64,000 nt of DNA from Patescibacteria group bacterium (GTDB lineage Bacteria > Patescibacteriota > Patescibacteriia > CAIXNZ01). This document shows positions 27,815 to 36,587 of this stretch, piece after piece. The stretch spans positions 4,638 to 68,637 of the forward strand of contig JBAZJU010000006.1 in NCBI GenBank assembly GCA_041651155.1, given 5' to 3'. Position 1 is the stretch's first letter, and every line of letters begins with the position of its first letter. The notes beneath the pieces were generated by a model. The model searched no databases, was not told the DNA's origin, and saw only the letters and a list, made by a program, of their open reading frames with translations. The position numbers and the translations under genes were made by a program.

Positions 27815-27986
27815 AATTTTTTGTATTTTTGGATCTCCGCCTTTTGATTCTAGACAAAATTACAAATTAGCTACAAATTTAACAAAACAATAACTAGAAA
27901 AAGTCTTTTTGTATGTTTTGTATAAAAATTCGTAATTTTGTAGGAGTCAACCATTTTATACCCCACCTAAAGTTAAATATACCGAT

Positions 27987-28883
27987 ATGAGAAACATTGA
28001 GATTAACATTGGCAATAGCTGCAATAATGAATGTCTTTTTTGTATGGTGGACCACTCCAGCCGTGGTTTTGTTGCTTATAAAACAATTGAAAAAGAGATT
28101 ATCAGGGCAAAACAAAATGGTTTTGAGTCCATTGGTTTTTTAGGCGGGGAATTTACCTTGCATCCTGAGGTTTTAAAAATTGTAAAACTAGCCAAGATTT
28201 TAGGTTTTAAGATTATTCACATCATTAGTAATGGCCGTAAATATCAAGATGAGAATTTTGTCAAACAACTAATTAATAATGGCGTTAATCGCTTCTCAGT
28301 TTCAATCCATAGCCATAAGATGGAAGTTGAAGATTATTTAACGCAAAGGCCGGGAGGATTTGCAGAAAAAATTCAGGGCTTGAAAAATTTGGTAAAAATG
28401 AATCAGCCTGTTTCAGCTAATTTAGTCATCAACAACTTGAATTATCAGGATATTGCGGAAACTTTAAATTTTTTAAACGGGCTAGGAATTATTGATTTTC
28501 GTTTGAATTTTATCTGGTTGCATGGCCGGGCTTTAGCTAACCAAAATTTATTTCTTAAATTTAATGACTTTTTGCCTTTGGTGGATAAAATTATTAATCT
28601 GGCAAAAGAGAAAAATCTTACCATTGCTTTTGAAGGAATACCCGCTTGTTTAATTAAAGATAACAATAAATTGGATTACATCGGCGAATTAAGAGATTTA
28701 AAAACAGAAGTGGTAGCTTTTAATAATCCGCAAAAAGAAAGAGAAAATTTTAATTGGCAGGAAAGGAAGACCAATGAATTTAAAATTAAGCATGAAAAAT
28801 GCCTGGAGTGCGTTTATAATAATTCTTGCGAGGGTGTATGGAGAGATTATATTAACTTCTTTGGCTGGAAGGAATTTTTTTAA
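27987..28883 (+). CDS. Radical SAM twitch-domain enzyme, tandem paralog 4
   Basis: IGNSCNNECLFCMVDHS; LGGEFTLHP; CLECVYNNSCEGVW; ends FGWKEFF. Confidence 0.8.
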   Translation: MRNIEINIGNSCNNECLFCMVDHSSRGFVAYKTIEKEIIRAKQNGFESIGFLGGEFTLHPEVLKIVKLAKILGFKIIHIISNGRKYQDENFVKQLINNGVNRFSVSIHSHKMEVEDYLTQRPGGFAEKIQGLKNLVKMNQPVSANLVINNLNYQDIAETLNFLNGLGIIDFRLNFIWLHGRALANQNLFLKFNDFLPLVDKIINLAKEKNLTIAFEGIPACLIKDNNKLDYIGELRDLKTEVVAFNNPQKERENFNWQERKTNEFKIKHEKCLECVYNNSCEGVWRDYINFFGWKEFF

Positions 28884-28937
28884 ATATCAATCCGAAGAAG
28901 CGATTGGCCAATCGCTTCTTCGGACAAGTTTTATCCT

Positions 28938-29786
28938 ATGTCTTTAATCCGCTTAACAAATTTATGCAATGCAAAATGTTTATTCTGCAATTTCCCAGAT
29001 GATTGCCGAGTTTTAAGTTTGGACGAAGCAAAAAAAGAAATTGATACTATTACTGATGATTCGGTTGCTTTTACTGGCGGTGAGCCAACGATTCATCCGT
29101 TTCTTAAAGAGACAATTAGTTATGCCAAGCAAAAAGGGATTAAAAACATTGAACTGCAAAGCAATTGTTTTTTGCTTGAAAATTTAGATTTGGTTAAGGA
29201 ATTAAAAGCATTGGGTTTGACCGGAGTTTTTGTTACAGTTCATTCTGAGCAAAAAGAAGTTTTTGAAAAAATCACCCAGGTGCCCGGGAGTTTTGAAAAA
29301 GTTTTGCAAGGAATCGCTAATTTAATTTCCTTAGGGGTTAAAGTGCGAATCAATATTGTTATTAATTTTTTAAATTATAAGAATCTAGAAGAAATCACTA
29401 AATTTATTTACAGCCAATTTCCACAAATAAAAAGTATTGATTATTCTTTTGTCGTACCGGTTGAAAAAGTTTTAAAGCAGCCAGAATTATTGCCAAAAAT
29501 AAGCGAGGTTGTACCATTTTTAAAAAAAGCCTTTAAATATTGCCAGGAAAATAAAATTAGTTTTTCTAATCCAGGCTGTGGCCTGCCTTTATGTTTTATT
29601 CCCGAATATAAAGAAAATAGTTTGGAATATAATTTTTTAAAAAAACAAATAGAAAATGGGTTAATTTCTGATAATCGTTTTGAAAAGATTAAGTTTGCTA
29701 AATGCAAAACCTGTGAATTTGATGAATTTTGTCTGGGCTTTTGGCCAAATTATGTTAAAATTCACGGTGAGCAGGAATTTATTTAA
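28938..29786 (+). CDS. Radical SAM twitch-domain enzyme, tandem paralog 5
   Basis: RLTNLCNAKCLFCNFPDD; FTGGEPTIHP; CKTCEFDEFCLGFW. Confidence 0.8.
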   Translation: MSLIRLTNLCNAKCLFCNFPDDCRVLSLDEAKKEIDTITDDSVAFTGGEPTIHPFLKETISYAKQKGIKNIELQSNCFLLENLDLVKELKALGLTGVFVTVHSEQKEVFEKITQVPGSFEKVLQGIANLISLGVKVRINIVINFLNYKNLEEITKFIYSQFPQIKSIDYSFVVPVEKVLKQPELLPKISEVVPFLKKAFKYCQENKISFSNPGCGLPLCFIPEYKENSLEYNFLKKQIENGLISDNRFEKIKFAKCKTCEFDEFCLGFWPNYVKIHGEQEFI

Positions 29787-29797
29787 TTTTATTATTT

Positions 29798-30691
29798 ATG
29801 GACAGAGTTGATATAAAAATCGGCTTTAAGTGCAATAACAATTGCCAGTTTTGCGTCCAGGGTGAAAAAAGGTATAAACATGAGAACAGAACATTGGATG
29901 AGATTAGGAACGCTTTAGCAGAGGCCAAAGGACAAGGCGCCGCAGGCGTGGTTTTTACCGGAGGTGAGCCGACCATTCATCCTGATATTTTGGCAGCCGT
30001 AAAATCCGCCCGTGATTTGGGTTTTAAAAATATCCAGATTCAATCAAACGGCCGGATGTTTGCCTATTTGGATTTTTGCAAAAAGTTAGTTTTGGCCGGG
30101 GCAAATGAATTTTCCCCGGCTTTGCACGGCTCAAACCCAGAAATCCATGATGAATTAACCAGCAGTCCTGGCGCGTGGCAGCAAGTGGTGCAGGGGATTA
30201 AAAATTTAAAATCACTGGGGCAGCATGTTTTGACCAATACAGTAATTAATTCTGAAAATTATCAGGATTTGCCAAAGCTGGCCCAGCTTTTTGTTGATTT
30301 GGGCGTTGACCAATTCCAATTTGCCTTTGTCCATATTTTGGGTACGGCAGAAAAAAATAAAGATTGGATTGTGCCAAAGATGAGTGAAGTGATGCCTTTT
30401 GTAAAACAAGGCTTGGAGATCGGGATTAAGGCAGGGAAGGTTGTGATGACTGAAGCTATCCCTTTTTGTTTAATGCAGGGCTATGAAGATTTTATTGCCG
30501 AAAGGATAATGCCTGAAACAAAAATTGTTGATGCCGAAGGCGTAATTGAAAATTTTGCTGACTATCGTTGGAATCAGGGGAAAGTTAAAAGGGAAGAATG
30601 CAAGGTGTGTAAATTTTTTAAGCTTTGCGAAGGCCCCTGGAAAGAATACCCGGAAATTTTTGGCTGGGATGAATTCCAGCCGATCTTATAA
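29798..30691 (+). CDS. Radical SAM twitch-domain enzyme, tandem paralog 6
   Basis: IGFKCNNNCQFCVQGEKR; FTGGEPTIHP; CKVCKFFKLCEGPW; ends FGWDEFQPIL. Confidence 0.8.
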   Translation: MDRVDIKIGFKCNNNCQFCVQGEKRYKHENRTLDEIRNALAEAKGQGAAGVVFTGGEPTIHPDILAAVKSARDLGFKNIQIQSNGRMFAYLDFCKKLVLAGANEFSPALHGSNPEIHDELTSSPGAWQQVVQGIKNLKSLGQHVLTNTVINSENYQDLPKLAQLFVDLGVDQFQFAFVHILGTAEKNKDWIVPKMSEVMPFVKQGLEIGIKAGKVVMTEAIPFCLMQGYEDFIAERIMPETKIVDAEGVIENFADYRWNQGKVKREECKVCKFFKLCEGPWKEYPEIFGWDEFQPIL

Positions 30692-30693
30692 AT

Positions 30694-32175
30694 ATGCAAA
30701 ATCCATTTGAAGTTATTTTTTTAGCTTTTTTATTTATCTTTGGCATCATAATCTGCTATGAGGATTTTAGGTTTGACAAAATCAGGAATAAATGGATTAA
30801 ATGGGGTTTTATAATCGGCGTTGCTTTGTACTTGTTGCAGATTATTTATTTAATTTTTTCATCTCAAACAATTGAATTGCATAATTATTGGCAGATAATT
30901 TTAAATACCTTGATTGCCTTTGTTTTGGGGTTTACCCTCTGGTATTTTAAGCTTTGGTCAGGAGGTGATGCGAAACTATTTACTCTCTTTGTTTTTTTAC
31001 TGCCGATCAGCTTCTATTCTGAATGGAATTTTATTTATTGGCCGCCTTTAAATTTATTGATAAATATTACAATTCCGATTTTTATTTATTTGCTGATTAA
31101 ATTTTTACTTTATCCCTTTCAATTGCTGATAAATTATCTAAAAAATCCCCATTTACTTAAAGAATATTATCGCAATTATAAAAGCAGGAATAAGCTTGAT
31201 AAGAAAAAAATCAATGAATATTTGGCTGCGGCCTTGAGCTTTGTTATAATTTTGATATTTTTTCAAATTATAAGAGTGCGGTTGGGCGATTTTTTGCATC
31301 CTTATCTCGGCAGCCTGATGATTGCTTTTTACTTTTTTATGGGTTTTGTAGTTTTTCAGCCCTTGCGGAAATTAATGCAAAAAAGAATTATTTTGGCTTT
31401 AATTTCAGTGATTGCGTACTTTGTGGCTGGAATCATATTTTTTCGTAATTTGGTTTTCGCTGATTTGCACAATTTATTTGCCGTGCAGTTAATTTTTATG
31501 CTTTCTTATTATTATATCTTCAAATACGGCAAAGCCCTGATTATGTTTTTGTATAATTCAGCTGAAGTAAGAATGATTCCGGTAGAAGAACTGCAGGCCG
31601 GAGTTTACATTAACAAAGATTATGTCAGTAATGTTTTAGGCAATCGTTTTAATCTGGAAAATTTTAAAAACAGCCTGGATGCAACTTTGGCTAATGAGGA
31701 CAAGGAACAATTATGGAGCCTGCTTAAGCAAAAATCAGACAAAAGCCATAAGGAAAAACAATATATTCAGCTGGTTGCTTATTTGAATCCGCAAAGTTGG
31801 CCGTATTTAATCAAGCAAATTTTTCAGATAAGAAAACAAAAAAAGGCTGGCCAAGACCTGTTGGAAAAAATTTCCGCCAAGTTAAATTTAGAACAAAAAT
31901 CAGAATTAGAAAATATTTTAAATCACACGGATGAATTTAAAAAATTTTTAAAGTCAATTCGCGGAAAATTAACTGCAGAGCAAGCAGACAAACTAAAGGC
32001 CATGATAATGCAAAGAAACGAAGAGATTAAAGCCCATGGCTTGCAGCCGATTGATAAAATTATTTTGCATAAAACCTTTGCTTTTGCGCCTTTTATGCTT
32101 TTGGGCGTGATTATAACTCTCGTCACAAAAAGTTCTTTAATTCATTTAATTTACGTTTACATTTTGCACAAGTAG
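30694..32175 (+). CDS. Prepilin-peptidase (A24 aspartyl protease)-like polytopic membrane protein fused to a ~330-aa C-terminal TM/coiled-coil extension
   Basis: Motifs CYEDFRFDKIRNKW (first Asp region) and LWSGGDAKLFTLFVFLLP (cf. GxGDVKL second catalytic Asp of PilD/FlaK/TadV); starts 3 nt after paralog 6. Confidence 0.6.
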   Translation: MQNPFEVIFLAFLFIFGIIICYEDFRFDKIRNKWIKWGFIIGVALYLLQIIYLIFSSQTIELHNYWQIILNTLIAFVLGFTLWYFKLWSGGDAKLFTLFVFLLPISFYSEWNFIYWPPLNLLINITIPIFIYLLIKFLLYPFQLLINYLKNPHLLKEYYRNYKSRNKLDKKKINEYLAAALSFVIILIFFQIIRVRLGDFLHPYLGSLMIAFYFFMGFVVFQPLRKLMQKRIILALISVIAYFVAGIIFFRNLVFADLHNLFAVQLIFMLSYYYIFKYGKALIMFLYNSAEVRMIPVEELQAGVYINKDYVSNVLGNRFNLENFKNSLDATLANEDKEQLWSLLKQKSDKSHKEKQYIQLVAYLNPQSWPYLIKQIFQIRKQKKAGQDLLEKISAKLNLEQKSELENILNHTDEFKKFLKSIRGKLTAEQADKLKAMIMQRNEEIKAHGLQPIDKIILHKTFAFAPFMLLGVIITLVTKSSLIHLIYVYILHK

Positions 32176-32187
32176 GCCTTTACATCT

Positions 32188-32559
32188 ATGGGTTTTAAGC
32201 CTATAATAAAGATATCAAAATTAATTAAAGATATGGAAAACGAACAAAAATATTTAACTAAAACTGAATTAGCTGAATTTACTGAAGAAACTTTATTGCC
32301 GGCTGTGGAAAAAATTGTTGATGATAAGCTCGAGGAAAAACTAGAAAATAAGCTAAATGCAAAGTTTGGTGAATTTAAGCATGAAATAAAAAGCTATATT
32401 GATGATAAGCTAGCTGATACAAAAGGCGATATTATAGCGGTAATAAAGGGCGAAAAGGAAAGAGACAGGAGTTTTAAAGAAAAAGTGGTTGAAATTTTTA
32501 AAAGAAATAAATTGGCAGATAGAAAGGAAGCTGAATTATTAGAATCTTTGATTCATTAA
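32188..32559 (+). CDS. Hypothetical coiled-coil protein
   Basis: 123 aa, repetitive DDKL/EEKL heptads. Confidence 0.5.
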   Translation: MGFKPIIKISKLIKDMENEQKYLTKTELAEFTEETLLPAVEKIVDDKLEEKLENKLNAKFGEFKHEIKSYIDDKLADTKGDIIAVIKGEKERDRSFKEKVVEIFKRNKLADRKEAELLESLIH

Positions 32560-32593
32560 GCTTGTATTTTAAAGCTATAAAAAGGATATAAAT

Positions 32594-32875
32594 TTGATTA
32601 ATTTAAAATATATGTTAGAAAAAAATGATTTATTACAACTTGAGCAACTTTTAGATAGAAAGCTGGATGAAAAATTAGATGAAAAGCTTGATCCTATCAT
32701 GCAAAGGCTAAATTCTATTGAGGAAGAAATTGCTGATATTAAAATAATATTAGCGAGAATTGATAAAAGGACAGATGAGGATGTTAGTGCGGCCTATAAA
32801 GAAATTGAGAAATTAAAAGATAGAGTCAGCGACTTAGAAAATCAAGTAAAAATGCTTAAAATTCAAAGTGCTTGA
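32594..32875 (+). CDS. Hypothetical coiled-coil protein (paralogous repeats KLDEKLDEKLD to preceding gene)
   Basis: 93 aa. Confidence 0.5.
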   Translation: MINLKYMLEKNDLLQLEQLLDRKLDEKLDEKLDPIMQRLNSIEEEIADIKIILARIDKRTDEDVSAAYKEIEKLKDRVSDLENQVKMLKIQSA

Positions 32876-32961
32876 TTTTTTATTTAGTCATAGTATCTTT
32901 AGGGCCTCTTTAATAGAGGCTTTTTGATTTTTTTTAAAATTTAAGTTAAGATAAAAGTATT

Positions 32962-34338
32962 ATGATAAAGCTATACAATACTTACTCTAAAAAAATTGAA
33001 GAATTTAAAGCCCTAAATGACAAAAAGGTGAGCATGTACACTTGTGGCGTGACTGTTTATGATTATGATCACCTTGGCCATGCCTGGACTTATACTTACG
33101 CAGATTTATTGCGCCGGATGTTTGAATATAATGGCTATAAAGTAAAACAAGCCTTGAATATCACAGATGTCGGGCATTTAACCAGTGATGCTGATACTGG
33201 CGAGGACAAGCTGGAGAAAAAAGCCCGCGAACAGGGCAAAACAGCCTGGGAAATTGCAGAATTTTTTACTAAAGTTTACTTAGACAATCGCCAGAAATTA
33301 AATCTGGAAAAACCAGAGATTATTTGCAAGGCCACAGATCATATCAAAGAAATGATTAAATTAGTCCAGGTTTTGCTGGATAAGGGTTATGCTTATGAAA
33401 TCAGCGACGGCATATATTTTGATACTTCAAAATTTAAAGATTATGGCAAATTATCAGGCAATACCTTGGCCAGTTTAATGGAAGGAGCCAGAGTTGAAAT
33501 CAACCCAGAAAAGAAAAACCCGACTGATTTTGCTGTCTGGAAATTCTCATCTCAGAGCCAAAAACGCCAGATGGAATGGCAGGCTTTTGGGCATAAAGGT
33601 TTTCCAGGCTGGCATATAGAATGTTCTGCCATGAGCATGGCTTATTTAGGCCCATCTTTAGATGTGCACACTGGCGGTGAAGATAATATCTTTCCCCATC
33701 ATGAATGCGAAATTGCCCAGTCAGAAAGCTCAACTGGCCAGAAATTTGTGGACTATTGGTTTCATACCAGATTTTTATTAATTGAAGGCCAGAAAATGTC
33801 CAAATCCTTAAAGAATTTTTTTACGATTAAGGATCTTGAAGCTAAAGGTTTTTCTGCTTTGGATTTGCGCTATTTATTTTTAACTGCTCATTACCGCTCC
33901 CAGCTGAATTTTACCTGGCCAAGTTTAGAAGCAGCCAAAACCGCGCGCCAGAAAATGAATGATTTTGTTTTGAGCATTAAAGTTAAAGGCAAAGTTAATA
34001 AAGAATACAAGGAAAAATTTACTGAAAAAATTAATAATGATTTGGATTTGCCAGGGGCTTTAGCCATTGCCTGGCTAATGATTAAAAATAATAATATCAG
34101 CGCCGAAGATAAAAAAGCGACTCTGCTTGATTTTGATAAAGTCCTGGGCTTGAATTTAGCCAAAGTGAAAAAAGAAAAAATTAATATTACCAAGGATGTT
34201 GAGAAATTGGTTAAGCAAAGGGAAATTGCGCGCAAAAAGAAAGATTTTAAAAAATCCGATGAATTAAGAGATAAAATTGAAGGTTTTGGTTATTTGGTTG
34301 AGGATACCGCCGATGGTTCATTAGTTAAGAAAAAGTAA
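32962..34338 (+). CDS. cysS: Cysteine--tRNA ligase
   Basis: HIGH motif as HLGHAWTY, KMSKS present, zinc-binding Cys (CGVTVYD, HIEC). Confidence 0.93.
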   Translation: MIKLYNTYSKKIEEFKALNDKKVSMYTCGVTVYDYDHLGHAWTYTYADLLRRMFEYNGYKVKQALNITDVGHLTSDADTGEDKLEKKAREQGKTAWEIAEFFTKVYLDNRQKLNLEKPEIICKATDHIKEMIKLVQVLLDKGYAYEISDGIYFDTSKFKDYGKLSGNTLASLMEGARVEINPEKKNPTDFAVWKFSSQSQKRQMEWQAFGHKGFPGWHIECSAMSMAYLGPSLDVHTGGEDNIFPHHECEIAQSESSTGQKFVDYWFHTRFLLIEGQKMSKSLKNFFTIKDLEAKGFSALDLRYLFLTAHYRSQLNFTWPSLEAAKTARQKMNDFVLSIKVKGKVNKEYKEKFTEKINNDLDLPGALAIAWLMIKNNNISAEDKKATLLDFDKVLGLNLAKVKKEKINITKDVEKLVKQREIARKKKDFKKSDELRDKIEGFGYLVEDTADGSLVKKK

Positions 34339-34361
34339 ATTTAAAGAAGTAAACAAGTTGT

Positions 34362-35522
34362 ATGGATTTAGAAAGCTATAAGAAATTAGTTGAGGAATTA
34401 GATGATAAAATTGGGAAAAAAAGAAATTCGATTAGAATATTATTTTTCATTGCTTTATTCATAGTTTTGTTTATTTTAGCTAATAAATATTCTTGGGCTG
34501 AAACTTTGGGCTGGAAGTTTGCATTAGCTTTTATTTATACTTGCTATCCAGGCTTTATGCTATGGGCTCCATGGGATTTTAACTGGATTTTGCAGTATTT
34601 TAAAAGCTATAGGGAATTATTGCAAAAAATAAAAAGTTATAAGGAGGAAATAAAAAAAATAGAAGAAACAAATAAAGTAGTGAAAAATAAGGAAGGGATT
34701 GAGAAGCTTGAAAGATTGAGAACTGTTTATTCAGAAATTTTTAATAGAAGAATAAGCGTTGAATCTTTGGAAGAATATGAGGAGTTTATTAGTATTGATA
34801 AAGATTTGTCAACCAATAATTATTACTTTGATTATGAGACTCGTAGGAAATATGAATTACTGCACAAATATTCAAAACAATTACAAGAAAGAATAATAAA
34901 TTTTAATCAAGATAAAAGAATCGGGGTGGTAAAAACGTTTATTGGTATAAAAAATGAAAATATTTCTAATGAATCTGATGTAAAAATAAATTTTAATGCT
35001 GAACAAAAAGTAAGATTAGTAAATATTGAAAGTTTTAAAAATAAATATAAGCAGTATAAGATTCGAGACGGAAAAGAGGATTGGAGGTCTGGTAGAAAGA
35101 TCAAAATTGATTATTTAAAGAAAAATTTGCAAAACATTAATCTTGGGTTACAAGGCGAATTAATTGTATTGGATTGGGAGAGAGATAATCTAATTCAATG
35201 CGGTCTTAACAATTTAGCTGAAAAAGTTCGGCACATATCGCAAGAGCTTGGAGACGGAGTAGGATTCGACATACTTTCTTATGACGAAAATGGTAACGAA
35301 AAATTTATAGAAGTAAAAACTACAAAAAGTGGCATGAATACTCAGTTTTATTATTCTGAAGGTGAATTGAATTTTATTAATAATACACAAAATTATTATT
35401 TATATCGTTTGAATTTAGAAAATGAGGATGAAGCGGAATTGACGATTATTAGTAAGGACGAATTTTTGAATAAGTTTGAAGTTTTACCTTATCAATATAG
35501 TGTTAAATTTAAAAATGAATGA
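34362..35522 (+). CDS. Membrane-anchored protein with C-terminal DUF3883-like (PD-(D/E)xK nuclease-fold) domain
   Basis: Two N-terminal TM helices, coiled-coil middle, C-terminus GELIVLDWERD...GFDILSYDENGNEKFIEVKTT...YLYRL matching DUF3883/NOV C-terminal signature (D...E-V-K). Confidence 0.6.
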   Translation: MDLESYKKLVEELDDKIGKKRNSIRILFFIALFIVLFILANKYSWAETLGWKFALAFIYTCYPGFMLWAPWDFNWILQYFKSYRELLQKIKSYKEEIKKIEETNKVVKNKEGIEKLERLRTVYSEIFNRRISVESLEEYEEFISIDKDLSTNNYYFDYETRRKYELLHKYSKQLQERIINFNQDKRIGVVKTFIGIKNENISNESDVKINFNAEQKVRLVNIESFKNKYKQYKIRDGKEDWRSGRKIKIDYLKKNLQNINLGLQGELIVLDWERDNLIQCGLNNLAEKVRHISQELGDGVGFDILSYDENGNEKFIEVKTTKSGMNTQFYYSEGELNFINNTQNYYLYRLNLENEDEAELTIISKDEFLNKFEVLPYQYSVKFKNE

Positions 35523-35642
35523 CAAAAATATAAAACTTATGTAAAATGTCGCACTTTAGTTCGACTAAGCTCAATGTAAACTTTTGACTAAGTTCTGAGC
35601 TGGCCGAATGACCAATGTGGCATTTTTTTGATTTTATAGTTT

Positions 35643-36587
35643 ATGAAAAAGAATTTCTGGAACAATTTAAAAAAGCCGATTATTGCTTTGGCGCCAATGG
35701 CGGGAATTACTGATTCTTCTTTTCGGCAGATTTGTAAAAAGTTTGGCGCAGACGTAGTATATTCGGAAATGATTTCCGTTGACGGCTTGAATTATTTGTC
35801 AGCAAAAACTTTTGAATTGCTTAAATTTGAGCAAAAAGAAAAGCCAATCGTTATTCAGCTATTTGGTTCTAAACCTGAATTTTTCGCCAAAGCAGCCCAA
35901 GTAGTGCAGGAAGTCGGAGCTGACGGGGTGGATATTAATTTTGGCTGTCCGGCGCCCAAGGTTTTTAAATGCGGCGGGGGAGCGAGCTTAATGAAAGATT
36001 TGGATTTATGTTATGAAATTATTAAGGCAACTTGTTCTGCGGTTAAAATTCCGGTTTCCATAAAAATTAGAAGTTCAGTTGGCAAAGTCACGGCTTTGGA
36101 TTTGGTTAAAAAGATTAAGAACTTACCAGTAGCAGCGATTATGGTTCATGGACGGCGTTATGAGCAAGTTTTTAGCGGGGAAGTTGATTTGGCTATGATC
36201 AAGAAAGTAAAAGAAAATTTCAGGAACATTGTTTTGGGTAATGGGGGAATTATAAATCCACACAAGGCCAAAGAACTGTTGGTTCAGACCAAAGTTGATG
36301 GTCTTGGTTTGGCTCAAGGTATTTTGGGTAAACCCTGGCTGTTTAAGCAAATTAAGGATTATTTAAAAACTGGCAAGTTTAAGGAAATTAAATTAGCTCA
36401 AATAAAAAAAGTCGCTTTGGAACACGCGGCTTTGAATTATAAATTAAAAGGCAAACAAGGGATTTTGGAAATGCGCAAGCATTTGGCTTGGTATTTCAAA
36501 GGTTTTAGCGGAGCCCATGATTTACGGCAAAAATTAATTCAGGTAAATAGTTTAAAAGAAGTCAAAGACATTTTAGGCAATCTTTAA
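35643..36587 (+). CDS. dus: tRNA-dihydrouridine synthase (DusB-like)
   Basis: ALAPMAGITDSSFR, FMN-binding TIM-barrel motifs, catalytic Cys in NFGCPAPKV. Confidence 0.88.
   Translation: MKKNFWNNLKKPIIALAPMAGITDSSFRQICKKFGADVVYSEMISVDGLNYLSAKTFELLKFEQKEKPIVIQLFGSKPEFFAKAAQVVQEVGADGVDINFGCPAPKVFKCGGGASLMKDLDLCYEIIKATCSAVKIPVSIKIRSSVGKVTALDLVKKIKNLPVAAIMVHGRRYEQVFSGEVDLAMIKKVKENFRNIVLGNGGIINPHKAKELLVQTKVDGLGLAQGILGKPWLFKQIKDYLKTGKFKEIKLAQIKKVALEHAALNYKLKGKQGILEMRKHLAWYFKGFSGAHDLRQKLIQVNSLKEVKDILGNL

Noticed and set aside
33500-34235. Antisense ORFs within cysS (33500-33733 -, 33891-34235 -)
   Set aside because: They lie inside a confidently identified class I aminoacyl-tRNA synthetase gene with HIGH and KMSKS motifs.
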